DNA from: Escherichia coli
Lineage (GTDB): Bacteria > Pseudomonadota > Gammaproteobacteria > Enterobacterales > Enterobacteriaceae
NCBI RefSeq assembly: GCF_036507355.1
Contig: NZ_AP027877.1
Strand: one strand, 5' to 3'
DNA: 64,000 nt
Shown: positions 47,652-59,572 of the stretch, piece by piece
Layout of the letters: the number at the start of each line of letters is the position of its first letter
How positions within the stretch are numbered: the stretch's first letter is position 1
Position numbers and translations under genes: made by a program
Notes under the pieces: generated by a model
The model's input: the letters and a program-made list of their open reading frames with translations, nothing else
What the model was told of the DNA's origin: nothing
The model's database searches: none

Positions 47652-49192
47652 TGTCGCGCAATCTTCGTCATTGGGTGATTTCGCTGTTTATTGTGCTGGC
47701 CTGGGGAACCGGCTGGCTGATGCTGTGGACGCTCAGCTTTTATCTGACCAATAACGGTCAACAGGCGGTGTTGTTTCTCCCGCAGGGAGTTTATCTCGCC
47801 CTTGTTATTTTGCTCTCTCGCCGCTACTGGCCTGCGTTGGTGCTCCCCCCTTTGCTGATGATGTTCTGGCTCCATAGTGAACAGCTATTGAACGGTTATC
47901 TCATGCTGGCAACGCCGATTATTAGCCTGTTTCCTGTCCTCCTTGCGCAAAACTTCTGGCACCGTTTTCCACTTTACTGGCAGCGTCTGACGTTGCTGTT
48001 AGCCACTGTCACGGCAGCTTCATTGTTGAATACCGCCCTGCTCTCCCCTTTTATGTCAGGCCCAATAATGCTGCCGGGTTTGACCTCATTTACCGGCGGC
48101 GTATTACTGACGCCGTTTGTCTATCTTATCTTTGAGTTTCTGCGCCAGCAGCATCGCTACCAGCTCCTGGGACTCGATACGCATAATCCCCCCTTGCGTA
48201 CCTCTTTAATCATCTGGTGTAGCCTGTTTTTTATTATTGGTATCGGCACTCAGATGGTGCTGTCACCTGAAATTGAACGTCTGCTGTTGATCGTGGTCTT
48301 TTTGCCCAATGTGGTGATGGCGTGGAAATTTGGCTGGCAAGGTGGCGTACTCTCCGGGCTTTTGGGCAGCATGATGATCACCATCGCCCGCCAGATTGGC
48401 GTGGGCTTTAGTAACCTGGTGGAGCTGGAGATTTTCCTCGCGACCCAGGCCTTGCTGGGAATTGGCCTGGGCATTGCCATCAGTCGCCAGCAACATCTGG
48501 CGCTAAACCTGCACCATTACCGACAACGGCTGGAGGCCGAGCTGGCAGCGCGGCGGGCATTGGCGGAAAAGCTGATCCACACCGAGGAGGACACGCGAAA
48601 AAACCTGGCGCGAGAGCTGCACGACGAAATCGGTCAGAACATCACCGCCATTCAGATCCAGTCGCAACTGGTGAAGCGGGCGCGTGATCCGGCGCAAATT
48701 CAATCCGCAGCCAGCCAAATCAATGAGCTCGCCCGCCGCATTCATCTCTCCACCCGCCAATTGCTGCGCCAGTTGCGGCCTCCCGCGCTTGATGAACTGA
48801 CATTTCGCGAAGCGTTGTTGCATCTGATTAATGAATTTGCCTTTAGTGAACGCGGCATTCATTGCCAGTTTGCCTATCAACTGAACTCCACACCAGAAAA
48901 CGAAACGGTGCGCTTTACCTTGTATCGGTTATTACAGGAGTTGCTCAATAACGTCTGTAAACACGCCGAAGCCAGCGAAGTGACGATTATCCTGCGCCAG
49001 CAGGGAGAGGTATTGCATCTGGAAGTCAGCGACAACGGTGTGGGGATCGCCAGCGGGAAAATGGCCGGATTTGGCATTCAGGGGATGCGTGAGCGCGTCA
49101 GCGCCCTGGGCGGCGACTTAACGCTCGAAAAACAGCACGGCACGCGGGTAATTGTTAACTTGCCCACATTTTTGCAACAAATCGCCGGATAA
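47651..49192 (+). CDS. UhpB-like membrane sensor histidine kinase
   Basis: 513-aa ORF, N-terminal multi-TM domain, H-box ELHDEIGQNITAI, C-terminal HATPase; start overlaps regulator stop (TAATG). Confidence 0.85.
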   Translation: MSRNLRHWVISLFIVLAWGTGWLMLWTLSFYLTNNGQQAVLFLPQGVYLALVILLSRRYWPALVLPPLLMMFWLHSEQLLNGYLMLATPIISLFPVLLAQNFWHRFPLYWQRLTLLLATVTAASLLNTALLSPFMSGPIMLPGLTSFTGGVLLTPFVYLIFEFLRQQHRYQLLGLDTHNPPLRTSLIIWCSLFFIIGIGTQMVLSPEIERLLLIVVFLPNVVMAWKFGWQGGVLSGLLGSMMITIARQIGVGFSNLVELEIFLATQALLGIGLGIAISRQQHLALNLHHYRQRLEAELAARRALAEKLIHTEEDTRKNLARELHDEIGQNITAIQIQSQLVKRARDPAQIQSAASQINELARRIHLSTRQLLRQLRPPALDELTFREALLHLINEFAFSERGIHCQFAYQLNSTPENETVRFTLYRLLQELLNNVCKHAEASEVTIILRQQGEVLHLEVSDNGVGIASGKMAGFGIQGMRERVSALGGDLTLEKQHGTRVIVNLPTFLQQIAG

Positions 49193-49264
49193 CCAGGAAA
49201 AAGTCTTAGGTATCCCGGATTTTCTCTCATCCCCTTTCACTTTCATTTTCATATAGTCAGCAAC

Positions 49265-50581
49265 ATGGAGACAACCATGCACGCGCGTTCAGCGAGAGAA
49301 ATTAATCAATGCTACCGGACATTACGTCCGCGATTGCTGATGTGCATGATTATTGGCTACGCCGCATTTTATCTGACGCGAAAAAGCGTGAATTACGTCC
49401 TTCCGGCGCTACAAACCGACCTCGGACTGGATAAAGGCGACATTGGCCTGCTGGGTTCGCTGTTTTATCTCAGCTACGGATTGTCGAAATTTACCGCCGG
49501 ACTGTGGCATGACAGCCACGGACAACGCGGTTTTATGGGCGTCGGCTTGTTCGCCACCGGGTTATTGAACGTGGTGTTTGCCTTTGGCGAATCACTTACG
49601 CTTCTGCTTGTGGTCTGGACACTGAACGGTTTTTTTCAGGGCTGGGGATGGCCACCGTGTGCCCGCTTGCTGACCCACTGGTACTCACGCAATGAGCGCG
49701 GTTTCTGGTGGGGCTGCTGGAATATGTCGATCAACATTGGCGGAGCGATTATTCCGCTGATTAGCGCCTTTGCCGCCCACTGGTGGGGCTGGCAGGCCGC
49801 GATGCTGACACCGGGGATAATCAGCATGGCATTAGGGATCTGGTTAACGCTACAACTCAAAGGCACGCCCCAGGAAGAGGGATTACCGACAGTTGGTCAC
49901 TGGCGTCACGATCCGCTGGAGTTACGTCAGGAACAACAAAGTCCGCCGATGGGGCTGTGGCAAATGTTGCGCACCACCATGCTGCAAAATCCGCTGATCT
50001 GGCTACTGGGCGTCTCTTATGTACTGGTTTATGTGATCCGGATTGCGCTTAACGACTGGGGCAATATCTGGCTGACGGAAAGCCACGGTGTCAACCTGCT
50101 CAGCGCCAACGCCACGGTAATGCTGTTTGAAGTGGGCGGCTTACTCGGCGCGTTATTTGCCGGATGGGGATCGGATTTGCTGTTTAGCGGGCAACGAGCG
50201 CCAATGATTTTGCTGTTCACGTTGGGGTTGATGGTGTCAGTCGCCGCACTGTGGCTGGCACCGGTTCATCACTACGCTCTGCTGGCAGTGTGCTTTTTTA
50301 CCGTGGGCTTTTTCGTCTTTGGCCCACAAATGCTGATTGGACTTGCGGCGGTGGAGTGTGGGCACAAAGCTGCGGCGGGTTCAATCACCGGATTTCTCGG
50401 CCTGTTCGCTTACCTTGGCGCGGCGCTGGCAGGCTGGCCGCTGTCGCTGGTCATCGAACGCTACGGCTGGCCGGGAATGTTCAGTTTACTCTCGGTCGCC
50501 GCAGTACTTATGGGTTTACTGCTGATGCCGTTACTGATGGCGGGCATCACCACCACTCACGCTCGAAGGATAAAACAATGA
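49265..50581 (+). CDS. UhpC-like MFS membrane sensor/transporter
   Basis: 438-aa 12-TM MFS ORF resembling UhpC/UhpT organophosphate:phosphate antiporter family. Confidence 0.8.
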   Translation: METTMHARSAREINQCYRTLRPRLLMCMIIGYAAFYLTRKSVNYVLPALQTDLGLDKGDIGLLGSLFYLSYGLSKFTAGLWHDSHGQRGFMGVGLFATGLLNVVFAFGESLTLLLVVWTLNGFFQGWGWPPCARLLTHWYSRNERGFWWGCWNMSINIGGAIIPLISAFAAHWWGWQAAMLTPGIISMALGIWLTLQLKGTPQEEGLPTVGHWRHDPLELRQEQQSPPMGLWQMLRTTMLQNPLIWLLGVSYVLVYVIRIALNDWGNIWLTESHGVNLLSANATVMLFEVGGLLGALFAGWGSDLLFSGQRAPMILLFTLGLMVSVAALWLAPVHHYALLAVCFFTVGFFVFGPQMLIGLAAVECGHKAAAGSITGFLGLFAYLGAALAGWPLSLVIERYGWPGMFSLLSVAAVLMGLLLMPLLMAGITTTHARRIKQ

Positions 50582-51609
50582 AAATGACCTTTACCTCTAC
50601 TCTGATTGCTTCTGCCGTTGCGCTGGCGACTTTAACGGGTGCCGCGCAGGCAAAAGGCCGGCTGGTGGTCTATTGCAGCGCCACCAATGAAATGTGTGAG
50701 GCCGAAACCAAAGCGTTTGGCGAGAAATATGATGTAAAAACCTCGTTTATCCGCAACGGTTCCGGAAGCACCCTGGCAAAAGTCGATGCTGAAAAGAAAA
50801 ACCCCCAGGCTGACGTCTGGTACGGCGGCACTTTAGACCCGCAATCGCAGGCTGGCGAGATGGGCCTGCTACAGGCGTATAAATCCCCTAACCTTGAGCA
50901 GATCATGGAGAAATTCCGCGATCCGGCAAAAGTGAAAGGGAATCTGTCCTCTGCCGTTTATGTGGGGATCCTCGGTTTTGGCGTAAACACCGATCGTCTG
51001 AAAGAGAAAAACCTGCCGGTGCCGAAGTGCTGGAAAGATCTCACCAAACCGGAATATAAAGGCGAAATTCAAATTGCCGATCCGCAAAGTTCCGGTACTG
51101 CCTACACCGCCCTGGCTACTTTTGCGCAGCTGTGGGGGGAAGATCAGGCCTTTGATTATCTAAAACAACTGAACGCCAACGTCTCTCAGTACACCAAATC
51201 AGGCATAGCCCCGGCACGTAACGCCGCCCGTGGCGAAACGGCGATTGGTATTGGCTTCCTGCATGACTACTCGCTGGAAAAAGAACAGGGCGCGCCGCTG
51301 GAGTTGATTTCCCCGTGTGAAGGTACAGGCTACGAAATTGGCGGCGTCAGCATTCTGAAAGGCGCGCGCAACCTCGACAACGCCAAACTGTTTGTGGACT
51401 GGGTATTATCAAAAGAAGCGCAGGAACTGGCATGGAAGAAAGGGAAGTCTTATCAGATCCTGACCAATACCACCGCCGAAACGTCGCCAAACTCACTGAA
51501 GCTCGACGACCTGAAATTAATCAACTACGACATGGACAAATACGGTTCCACGGATGTTCGTAAGGCATTGATTAATAAATGGGTTAGCGAAGTAAAAATG
51601 GGTAAATAA
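50578..51609 (+). CDS. afuA: periplasmic substrate-binding protein of AfuA/FbpA family (ABC importer; likely sugar-phosphate rather than ferric iron)
   Basis: 343-aa product with signal peptide MKMTFTSTLIASAVALATLTGAAQA; ATG overlaps uhpC-like stop (ATGA); followed by two-domain permease and ATPase. Confidence 0.7.
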   Translation: MKMTFTSTLIASAVALATLTGAAQAKGRLVVYCSATNEMCEAETKAFGEKYDVKTSFIRNGSGSTLAKVDAEKKNPQADVWYGGTLDPQSQAGEMGLLQAYKSPNLEQIMEKFRDPAKVKGNLSSAVYVGILGFGVNTDRLKEKNLPVPKCWKDLTKPEYKGEIQIADPQSSGTAYTALATFAQLWGEDQAFDYLKQLNANVSQYTKSGIAPARNAARGETAIGIGFLHDYSLEKEQGAPLELISPCEGTGYEIGGVSILKGARNLDNAKLFVDWVLSKEAQELAWKKGKSYQILTNTTAETSPNSLKLDDLKLINYDMDKYGSTDVRKALINKWVSEVKMGK

Positions 51610-51677
51610 ACCCGCATTAGGCGCATTTGCCGGGTGCAGCGCAGACGCCTGCCCCGGCCAACCATACCGGAACTGCT

Positions 51678-53756
51678 ATGTCACAGACACTTGCACTCCA
51701 TCCCGTGAAAAAGCGGGATGCGATTTTCCTTTGGGTTTTGCTGGGCTGGCTGGCATTTATACTGTTGCCGAGCTGGAGCCTCGATTATGGCCTGCTGGAG
51801 TCCACGAGTGATGAGATCCTCGAGGCTTATGGCTGGTCGCATTTTAATATCAGCTGGCTGTGGTATTTGTTACCGAGTCTGTTGCTGGTTCGCCCGTTTC
51901 GTGAGGCCACACGCGAACAGCGTAGTCGTCATTATTTTGATGCCGGCTGGGCATTGCTCTGTATGGCGTTTATCGTCATCAGCGCCACCGTGGTTGGACG
52001 CGGTTTAGGCTACGCCGCCATCGTGCTGTTTGTCGAACTAGGCGCGATTATGACGCTGGCCTTAACCCGCCTCGAATGGCTGGGTGGCGACCGCTTCGTG
52101 ATCGGCTCACTGATTGCGATTGTGGCGCTGATTGGCATTTTTATCGTCTGGCCGAGCATCGCCATTTTTATCCCGATGTTCACCAACGACGCGGGAGAGT
52201 TCGCCCCGCTGGCGTTTATGACCGTGCTCTCGCAGGCACATATTGTTCAGGTGATCGTCAACTCTATCGTCTTGTCGATAGCGGTGGGGATAGGCTGTAC
52301 TTTCTTCGGCCTGGTGCTGGCGATTTATACCACGCGCATCGCTAAACGCAGCGCCATTATTGGTCGCATCTTTTCCATTTTGCCCATCGTTACGCCACCG
52401 TTTGTGGTCGGCTTAGGCGTGACGCTCATGATGGGGCGCTCCGGCTATGTTACGGAATTTATGGTGGAGTGGTTTGGGCTGACCAACACCAACTGGCTGT
52501 ACGGTTTTACCGGGATCTGGCTGGCACAGGTTCTGGCATTCACGCCAATGGCATTTATGATCCTCGACGGGGCCATTAAAACCATTCATCCCTCGCTGGA
52601 AGAGGCCTCCTACACCCTGCGCGCCAGCCGCTGGCAAACCTTTAACGGCGTGTTTGTGCCGTTGTTGAAGCCCGCACTCGCCAATGCCTTTTTAATCGTC
52701 GTGGTACAGTCACTGGCTGATTTCAGTAACCCGCTGGTACTTGGCGGTAACTTCGACGTACTGGCGACGCAAATTTACTTCTATATTACCGGCTCGCAGC
52801 TGGATTATCAGGCCGCCAGCACCCTTGGCGCTTTCCTGCTGCTGTTCTCGCTGCTGGTGTTCTGCATCCAGTATATGTGGATTGGTAAACGCTCTTACGT
52901 CACGGTTTCCGGCAAATCCTACCGTGGCGACGTCCAGCCGCTACCGGTCACCCTGGTGTGGAGCGTGGTCGCCATACTTGCGATATGGATTGCCTTTAAC
53001 GCCCTGCTCTACGGCAGCATTTTCTACGGCAGCTTCACGGTGAACTGGGGCGTGGACTACACCCTGACGCTGGATAACTTTATCAAGCTATTTGGTCAGG
53101 GAATGAGCGACGGCGCCTGGCCTTCACTGCTGGATACCCTGCTCTACGCCGGGATTGCCGCTCCCATTACCGCTATCTTTGGCCTGCTCATCGCCTGGGT
53201 GGTGGTGCGTCAACAATTCAAAGGCAAAAAGACCATCGAGTTCACCACCATGCTGTGCTTTGCCGTACCGGGTACGGTGGCGGGCGTTTCGTATATTCTT
53301 GCCTTTAACAGCGCTCCGGTTTATCTCACCGGAACGGCGGCAATTGTGATTATCTCGATGGTGATGCGTAACGTTCCGGTGGGTATTCGCGCCGGGATTG
53401 CGGGTCTGGGGCAGATCGACAAATCGCTGGATGAAGCCTCACTCAGCCTGCGCGCGGGTTCACTGCGAACCATTACGCACATTTTACTGCCGCTGCTGCG
53501 CCCGGCCATTCTCTCGGCCCTGATCTACAGCTTTGTGCGGGCCATCACGACGGTCAGCGCCATCGTCTTTCTCGTCACGCCGGACACCCGCGTGGCAACC
53601 GCCTACATTCTTAACCGCGTTGAAGACGGCGAATATGGCGTAGCCATCGCCTATGGTTCGATTCTGATCGTGGTGATGCTGGCGATTATTTTCCTCTTTG
53701 ACTGGCTGATCGGAGAAGCTCGTATCTCCCGTTCTAAAGCCAAAAACCAGGCGTAA
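51678..53756 (+). CDS. afuB: ABC transporter permease, duplicated 6-TM domains (AfuB/FbpB type)
   Basis: ~692-aa polytopic protein with two permease repeats; start may be up to 17 codons upstream. Confidence 0.7.
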   Translation: MSQTLALHPVKKRDAIFLWVLLGWLAFILLPSWSLDYGLLESTSDEILEAYGWSHFNISWLWYLLPSLLLVRPFREATREQRSRHYFDAGWALLCMAFIVISATVVGRGLGYAAIVLFVELGAIMTLALTRLEWLGGDRFVIGSLIAIVALIGIFIVWPSIAIFIPMFTNDAGEFAPLAFMTVLSQAHIVQVIVNSIVLSIAVGIGCTFFGLVLAIYTTRIAKRSAIIGRIFSILPIVTPPFVVGLGVTLMMGRSGYVTEFMVEWFGLTNTNWLYGFTGIWLAQVLAFTPMAFMILDGAIKTIHPSLEEASYTLRASRWQTFNGVFVPLLKPALANAFLIVVVQSLADFSNPLVLGGNFDVLATQIYFYITGSQLDYQAASTLGAFLLLFSLLVFCIQYMWIGKRSYVTVSGKSYRGDVQPLPVTLVWSVVAILAIWIAFNALLYGSIFYGSFTVNWGVDYTLTLDNFIKLFGQGMSDGAWPSLLDTLLYAGIAAPITAIFGLLIAWVVVRQQFKGKKTIEFTTMLCFAVPGTVAGVSYILAFNSAPVYLTGTAAIVIISMVMRNVPVGIRAGIAGLGQIDKSLDEASLSLRAGSLRTITHILLPLLRPAILSALIYSFVRAITTVSAIVFLVTPDTRVATAYILNRVEDGEYGVAIAYGSILIVVMLAIIFLFDWLIGEARISRSKAKNQA

Positions 53757-54814
53757 TGGAGCGCACTATGAGTCAGAAAAATTTTGTTGAACTGCGCAAC
53801 GTCACTAAACGATTCGGCAGTAATACGGTTATCGACAATATCAATCTCACCATTCCACAAGGGCAAATGGTGACGCTGCTCGGTCCTTCCGGCTGTGGCA
53901 AAACCACCATTTTGCGTCTGGTTGCCGGGCTGGAAAAACCGAGCGAAGGGCAAATTTTTATTGATGGCGAAGATGTCACGCATCGTTCCATTCAACAGCG
54001 CGATATCTGCATGGTGTTTCAGTCATACGCTCTGTTCCCGCATATGTCGCTGGGTGAAAACGTTGGCTACGGGCTGAAGATGCTTGGCGTGTCGCGTAGC
54101 GAAGTGAAACAGCGGGTGAAGGAGGCGCTGGCAATGGTGGATCTGGAAGGCTTCGAGGACCGCTATGTCGATCAGATTTCCGGTGGTCAGCAACAGCGTG
54201 TGGCACTGGCCCGCGCGTTGATCCTCAAGCCAAAGGTGCTGCTGTTTGATGAGCCGTTAAGTAACCTCGATGCCAACCTGCGCCGCAGTATGCGCGATAA
54301 GATCCGCGAGCTGCAAAAGCAGTTTAATATCACGTCGCTCTACGTCACTCACGATCAAAGTGAAGCTTTCGCGGTGTCCGACACTGTGCTGGTGATGAAT
54401 AAAGGTCACATCATGCAGATTGGCTCACCGCAGGATCTCTATCGTCAGCCAGCCTCCCGATTTATGGCAAGTTTTATGGGCGACGCCAACCTGTTCCCGG
54501 CGAACTTTAGCGAAGAGTATGTCGATATCTACGGTTATCGCCTGCCGCGCGCGGCGCATTTCCCGGCGCAAGGTAGCGGCACCGTCGGCGTTCGCCCGGA
54601 AGCCATCACCTTAAGCAATCACGGCGAAGAGAGTCAGCGTTGTGTTATTCGCCATGTCGCCTACATGGGGCCGCAGTACGAAGTGACCGTAGAGTGGCAT
54701 GGACAGGAGATTTTATTACAAGTAAACGCCACCCGTTTACAGCCCGATATTGGTGAGCACTATTACCTCGAAATCCATCCTTACGGGATGTTTGTTTTAG
54801 CGGATGCGGCATAA
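53756..54814 (+). CDS. afuC: ABC transporter ATP-binding protein (AfuC/FbpC/PotA type)
   Basis: Walker [10 protein letters not shown], signature [15 protein letters not shown], Walker [12 protein letters not shown]; start overlaps afuB stop (TAATG). Confidence 0.8.
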   Translation: MERTMSQKNFVELRNVTKRFGSNTVIDNINLTIPQGQMVTLLGPSGCGKTTILRLVAGLEKPSEGQIFIDGEDVTHRSIQQRDICMVFQSYALFPHMSLGENVGYGLKMLGVSRSEVKQRVKEALAMVDLEGFEDRYVDQISGGQQQRVALARALILKPKVLLFDEPLSNLDANLRRSMRDKIRELQKQFNITSLYVTHDQSEAFAVSDTVLVMNKGHIMQIGSPQDLYRQPASRFMASFMGDANLFPANFSEEYVDIYGYRLPRAAHFPAQGSGTVGVRPEAITLSNHGEESQRCVIRHVAYMGPQYEVTVEWHGQEILLQVNATRLQPDIGEHYYLEIHPYGMFVLADAA

Positions 54815-54896
54815 AAATAGCACATAAACGGTCCCCATCTGTCTTGAGGGACCGTTCACCTGGTTAGGCTTCGGACAACAATTATTCTCCAGTGTT

Positions 54897-54949
54897 ATAT
54901 ACTATAGGGGGGTATGCATTGACATATAGCATACCCCCCTATAGTATAT
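54897..54949. promoter_or_regulatory. FrmR operator: perfect 21-bp inverted repeat ATATACTATAGGGGGGTATGC / GCATACCCCCCTATAGTATAT around an 11-bp spacer
   Basis: Arms at 54897-54917 and 54929-54949 are exact reverse complements, centred ~50 bp upstream of frmR. Confidence 0.8.
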
Positions 54950-54973
54950 TGCGTGCAGATGATGAGGTGCGAA

Positions 54974-55249
54974 ATGCCCAGTACTCCGGAAGAGAAGAAA
55001 AAGGTCCTTACTCGAGTTCGTCGTATTCGGGGGCAGATTGATGCTCTGGAACGGTCGCTGGAGGGTGATGCCGAATGCCGTGCCGTACTCCAACAGATCG
55101 CTGCCGTTCGGGGCGCGGCTAATGGGCTGATGGCAGAAGTGCTTGAAAGCCATATCCGGGAAACGTTTGACCGAAATGACTGCTACAGCCGCGAAGTCAG
55201 CCAATCCGTTGACGACACTATTGAACTGGTTCGTGCCTATCTTAAATAG
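54974..55249 (+). CDS. frmR: formaldehyde-responsive transcriptional repressor FrmR (start taken at [10 protein letters not shown])
   Basis: 91-aa CsoR/RcnR-family product, recognised. Confidence 0.93.
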   Translation: MPSTPEEKKKVLTRVRRIRGQIDALERSLEGDAECRAVLQQIAAVRGAANGLMAEVLESHIRETFDRNDCYSREVSQSVDDTIELVRAYLK

Positions 55250-55253
55250 CTGA

Positions 55254-56393
<1,140 letters not shown>

Positions 56394-56485
56394 TTGCCCG
56401 CAGGTATACCCCGTCCACTTCAGACGGGGTTCTTAATACTCTCCCCGGGCAGCCGTCCGGGGGATTAACCGTGAGATAATGACTG

Positions 56486-57319
56486 ATGGAACTCATTGAA
56501 AAACATGCCAGCTTTGGCGGCTGGCAAAATGTGTATCGGCATTATTCCCAATCATTGAAATGTGAAATGAATGTCGGCGTCTATCTCCCGCCAAAGGCCG
56601 CAGGTGAAAAATTACCGGTGCTGTACTGGCTTTCGGGCCTGACCTGCAATGAGCAGAATTTCATTACTAAATCGGGGATGCAGCGTTACGCGGCTGAGCA
56701 CAACATTATTGTTGTTGCGCCGGACACCAGTCCGCGAGGCAGTCATGTCGCAAATGCCGACCGTTACGATCTCGGGCAAGGTGCCGGGTTTTACCTGAAC
56801 GCAACGCAAGCGCCGTGGAATGAACATTACAAAATGTATGACTATATCCGCAACGAGCTGCCGGATTTAGTGATGCATCATTTTCCGGCAACGGCCAAAA
56901 AGTCTATCTCTGGTCATTCTATGGGCGGGCTGGGCGCGCTGGTGCTGGCGTTACGTAACCCAGATGAATATGTCAGCGTCTCGGCGTTTTCGCCCATTGT
57001 CTCCCCATCGCAAGTGCCGTGGGGACAGCAAGCCTTTGCTGCATATCTTGGTGAAAATAAAGATGCCTGGTTGGATTACGACCCGGTGAGTCTTATTTCA
57101 CAAGGTCAACGCGTTGCGGAAATCATGGTTGATCAGGGGTTGAGTGATGATTTTTACGCAGAACAGCTGCGGACTCCAAATCTTGAAAAGATCTGCCAGG
57201 AGATGAATATCAAGACGTTAATCCGTTATCACGAGGGTTACGACCACAGCTATTATTTTGTCTCCAGTTTTATTGGCGAGCATATTGCCTACCACGCCAA
57301 TAAACTGAATATGCGTTGA
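56486..57319 (+). CDS. frmB: S-formylglutathione hydrolase
   Basis: 277-aa esterase ORF with GHSMGG nucleophile motif. Confidence 0.95.
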   Translation: MELIEKHASFGGWQNVYRHYSQSLKCEMNVGVYLPPKAAGEKLPVLYWLSGLTCNEQNFITKSGMQRYAAEHNIIVVAPDTSPRGSHVANADRYDLGQGAGFYLNATQAPWNEHYKMYDYIRNELPDLVMHHFPATAKKSISGHSMGGLGALVLALRNPDEYVSVSAFSPIVSPSQVPWGQQAFAAYLGENKDAWLDYDPVSLISQGQRVAEIMVDQGLSDDFYAEQLRTPNLEKICQEMNIKTLIRYHEGYDHSYYFVSSFIGEHIAYHANKLNMR

Positions 57320-57334
57320 TAATAGTGCACGACT

Positions 57335-57420
57335 GCCGGATGCGGCGTGAACGCCTTATCCGCCTACATTTCGCCCGCAGGCCGTAGGCATGATAAGACG
57401 CGCATAGCGTCGCATCAGGC
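57335..57420. repeat. REP/BIME element (two palindromic units) between frmB and yaiL
   Basis: GCCGGATGCGGCGTGAACGCCTTATCCGCC and GCCGTAGGCATGATAAGACGCGCATAGCGTCGCATCAGGC. Confidence 0.85.
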
Positions 57421-57443
57421 ATCTGCGCACGACTTATCTATGT

Positions 57444-57983
57444 TTACCACATCAAATCATCAGGCACTTTGAAGTCGGCATACGGATCGTCTTCATCCTG
57501 CTCTTCGGCACTGAGCGCGCTGTGCAACACAATACTGCTGGCATCACGCTGAGCAATTTTATCGGCAACGCTGGCGGGAATAATGGCGTATTCACCTTCG
57601 CTATTGTTATCGACCAACAAGCGGGCAATCGCCAGACGACCATTAATCAACTGCGCTTGTGTGAGCTTATCGACAAAAATCTTCTTAATCAGATTGCCGT
57701 CAGTGAAGTTAAAACCAATATCGCCATTGGCAATGGTGATTCGGTTCATTTCAATGAGCTGCTTCACCTGGGCTTTATATTCTTTCGCCAACGCCGCTTG
57801 TTTTTGCTGTTCGCTAAGCTGTTTATCACGCTCAAGCTGTGCCTTTTTATTTTCTTCTACCGCAGCCCGAGCTTCACGCGCCTGAACGCGCGATTTTTTC
57901 GCCGTTCTCTCGACCTTCGCCGCTTTTTTGCTGGTGACTAATCCTGCTTTGAGCAACTGCTCTTGTAAGGTAAGTTTTGCCAT
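57444..57983 (-). CDS. yaiL: DUF2058-type protein YaiL (start taken at MAKLTLQEQ)
   Basis: 179-aa Lys/Ala-rich product recognised as YaiL; synteny mhpT-yaiL-frmB. Confidence 0.85.
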   Translation of the reverse strand: MAKLTLQEQLLKAGLVTSKKAAKVERTAKKSRVQAREARAAVEENKKAQLERDKQLSEQQKQAALAKEYKAQVKQLIEMNRITIANGDIGFNFTDGNLIKKIFVDKLTQAQLINGRLAIARLLVDNNSEGEYAIIPASVADKIAQRDASSIVLHSALSAEEQDEDDPYADFKVPDDLMW

Positions 57984-58084
57984 CTTTGTTTCCAAACCCG
58001 CTGAATAATTTTTAGCGAGTATACCTGCAAACGCCGTGGGTGTATTGGGGGCAAGTCCCTTTCGCCCCTGCTTAATAAGGCGCG

Positions 58085-59296
58085 TCAGGCATCGGCACAC
58101 GGCTGCATTCTTGATCTCCGACTCATCAAAATAAACACCGCCAACCCAGCAACAAGAATACCCGGTGCAGAAGCGGCCATTACGCCGACCGTGCCAGTGC
58201 CTAATGCCAGCATTTTCCCGGCCAGTAACGGACCGCTCATAGCCCCCAGACGCCCTACCGCCACGGCTGTTCCCACACCTGTTGCGCGGATCTGCGAACT
58301 GTAAAACAACGGTGCCAGGGCATACAAAACGCTTTGCCCACCTGTCGCAAACAACCCCGCGACAAATCCCGCCAGCAACATACCGTTAAATGACGACACC
58401 GTTCCAAGCGCCAGCAGCGAAGCTAACATGCCGCTATAAATCAGTAGCGACATGGTTACTGGACGCAGCTTATCCATCAATGCGCCCAACATTAACGTCC
58501 CGCTTGCCGCCCCCATTTGCAGTGCAAACATCACCCCTGCCGCCTGCGATGGCTGGAATCCTTGCTCCACCAAAAGCAGCGGTAGCCAGTTGATCAACAT
58601 GTAGACCACCAGCAGAGTGAAGAAATAACACAACCACACCAGCAGCGTCGCGGTTGCCGTTTCTGGCGCAAATAACGCACGCAGTGGTGGCGCAGCCTGT
58701 TTTTCGCCAGCGAAAACCGCCGACTCCGGCAGCCAGCGCATTAATAGCGGCACCAGAATCAACGGCACCACACCACCTACCCAAAACACCGTTTGCCATG
58801 CTAAGTTTGCCCCCGCGAAACCCAGTGTCGCCGCCAGCGCCGCGCCAATGGGAACACCGCAATACATCAGGCTCACTGCCGTCCCACGAAAACGTGGACC
58901 CGCGGCTTCAGACGTCAGGGCGATAAGATTCGGCAACGCCGCCCCCAGCCCGACACCGGTCATCAGCCGCGCAAAGACCAGTGAGGGGAAATCCCAGGCA
59001 ATCGCCGTTGCCAGCGAGAACAAACCAAACAGCGCAACTGAGCCAATCAAAATGCGCTTGCGACCATAACGGTCCGCCAGCATTCCGCCAACCAACGCGC
59101 CGGGTAGTAAACCGAGTATTCCGGCGCTGAATATCCAGCCCATTTGCATTTTATCGAGTGCGAAAGCCTGGGCGATGCCACCCGCCGCAATGCCAGCCGC
59201 CTGAAGATCCAGCCCTTCCATCAGAGCGACCAAAAAACAAAGCCCGATGGTCAGCATCAGGCGGGATGAAGATGATGAAGGGGTACGAGTCGACAT
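58085..59296 (-). CDS. mhpT: 3-hydroxyphenylpropionate MFS transporter (start taken at MSTRTPSSSSSRLML)
   Basis: 403-aa 12-TM MFS; last gene of the mhp cluster. Confidence 0.9.
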   Translation of the reverse strand: MSTRTPSSSSSRLMLTIGLCFLVALMEGLDLQAAGIAAGGIAQAFALDKMQMGWIFSAGILGLLPGALVGGMLADRYGRKRILIGSVALFGLFSLATAIAWDFPSLVFARLMTGVGLGAALPNLIALTSEAAGPRFRGTAVSLMYCGVPIGAALAATLGFAGANLAWQTVFWVGGVVPLILVPLLMRWLPESAVFAGEKQAAPPLRALFAPETATATLLVWLCYFFTLLVVYMLINWLPLLLVEQGFQPSQAAGVMFALQMGAASGTLMLGALMDKLRPVTMSLLIYSGMLASLLALGTVSSFNGMLLAGFVAGLFATGGQSVLYALAPLFYSSQIRATGVGTAVAVGRLGAMSGPLLAGKMLALGTGTVGVMAASAPGILVAGLAVFILMSRRSRMQPCADA

Positions 59297-59390
59297 AAGA
59301 TGAACCTCGTTGCGAGTGCAGGTGAATCGCGACTGATACATTGCCAGCCGCGTAATCAGAACCATTTAATGACTGCCTACGGGCGAAATG

Positions 59391-59525
<135 letters not shown>

Positions 59526-59572
59526 GTTGTGCTGGGATGGGCATACAAAATGCACGTTCTCGGCAGTCAATA

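Noticed and set aside
47022-50581. Possibility that this is the canonical uhpABCT locus
   Set aside because: Proteins are clearly divergent from K-12 UhpA/UhpB as remembered, the locus is in a different genomic context (canonical uhp is elsewhere on the chromosome), and uhpT is replaced by an ABC importer.
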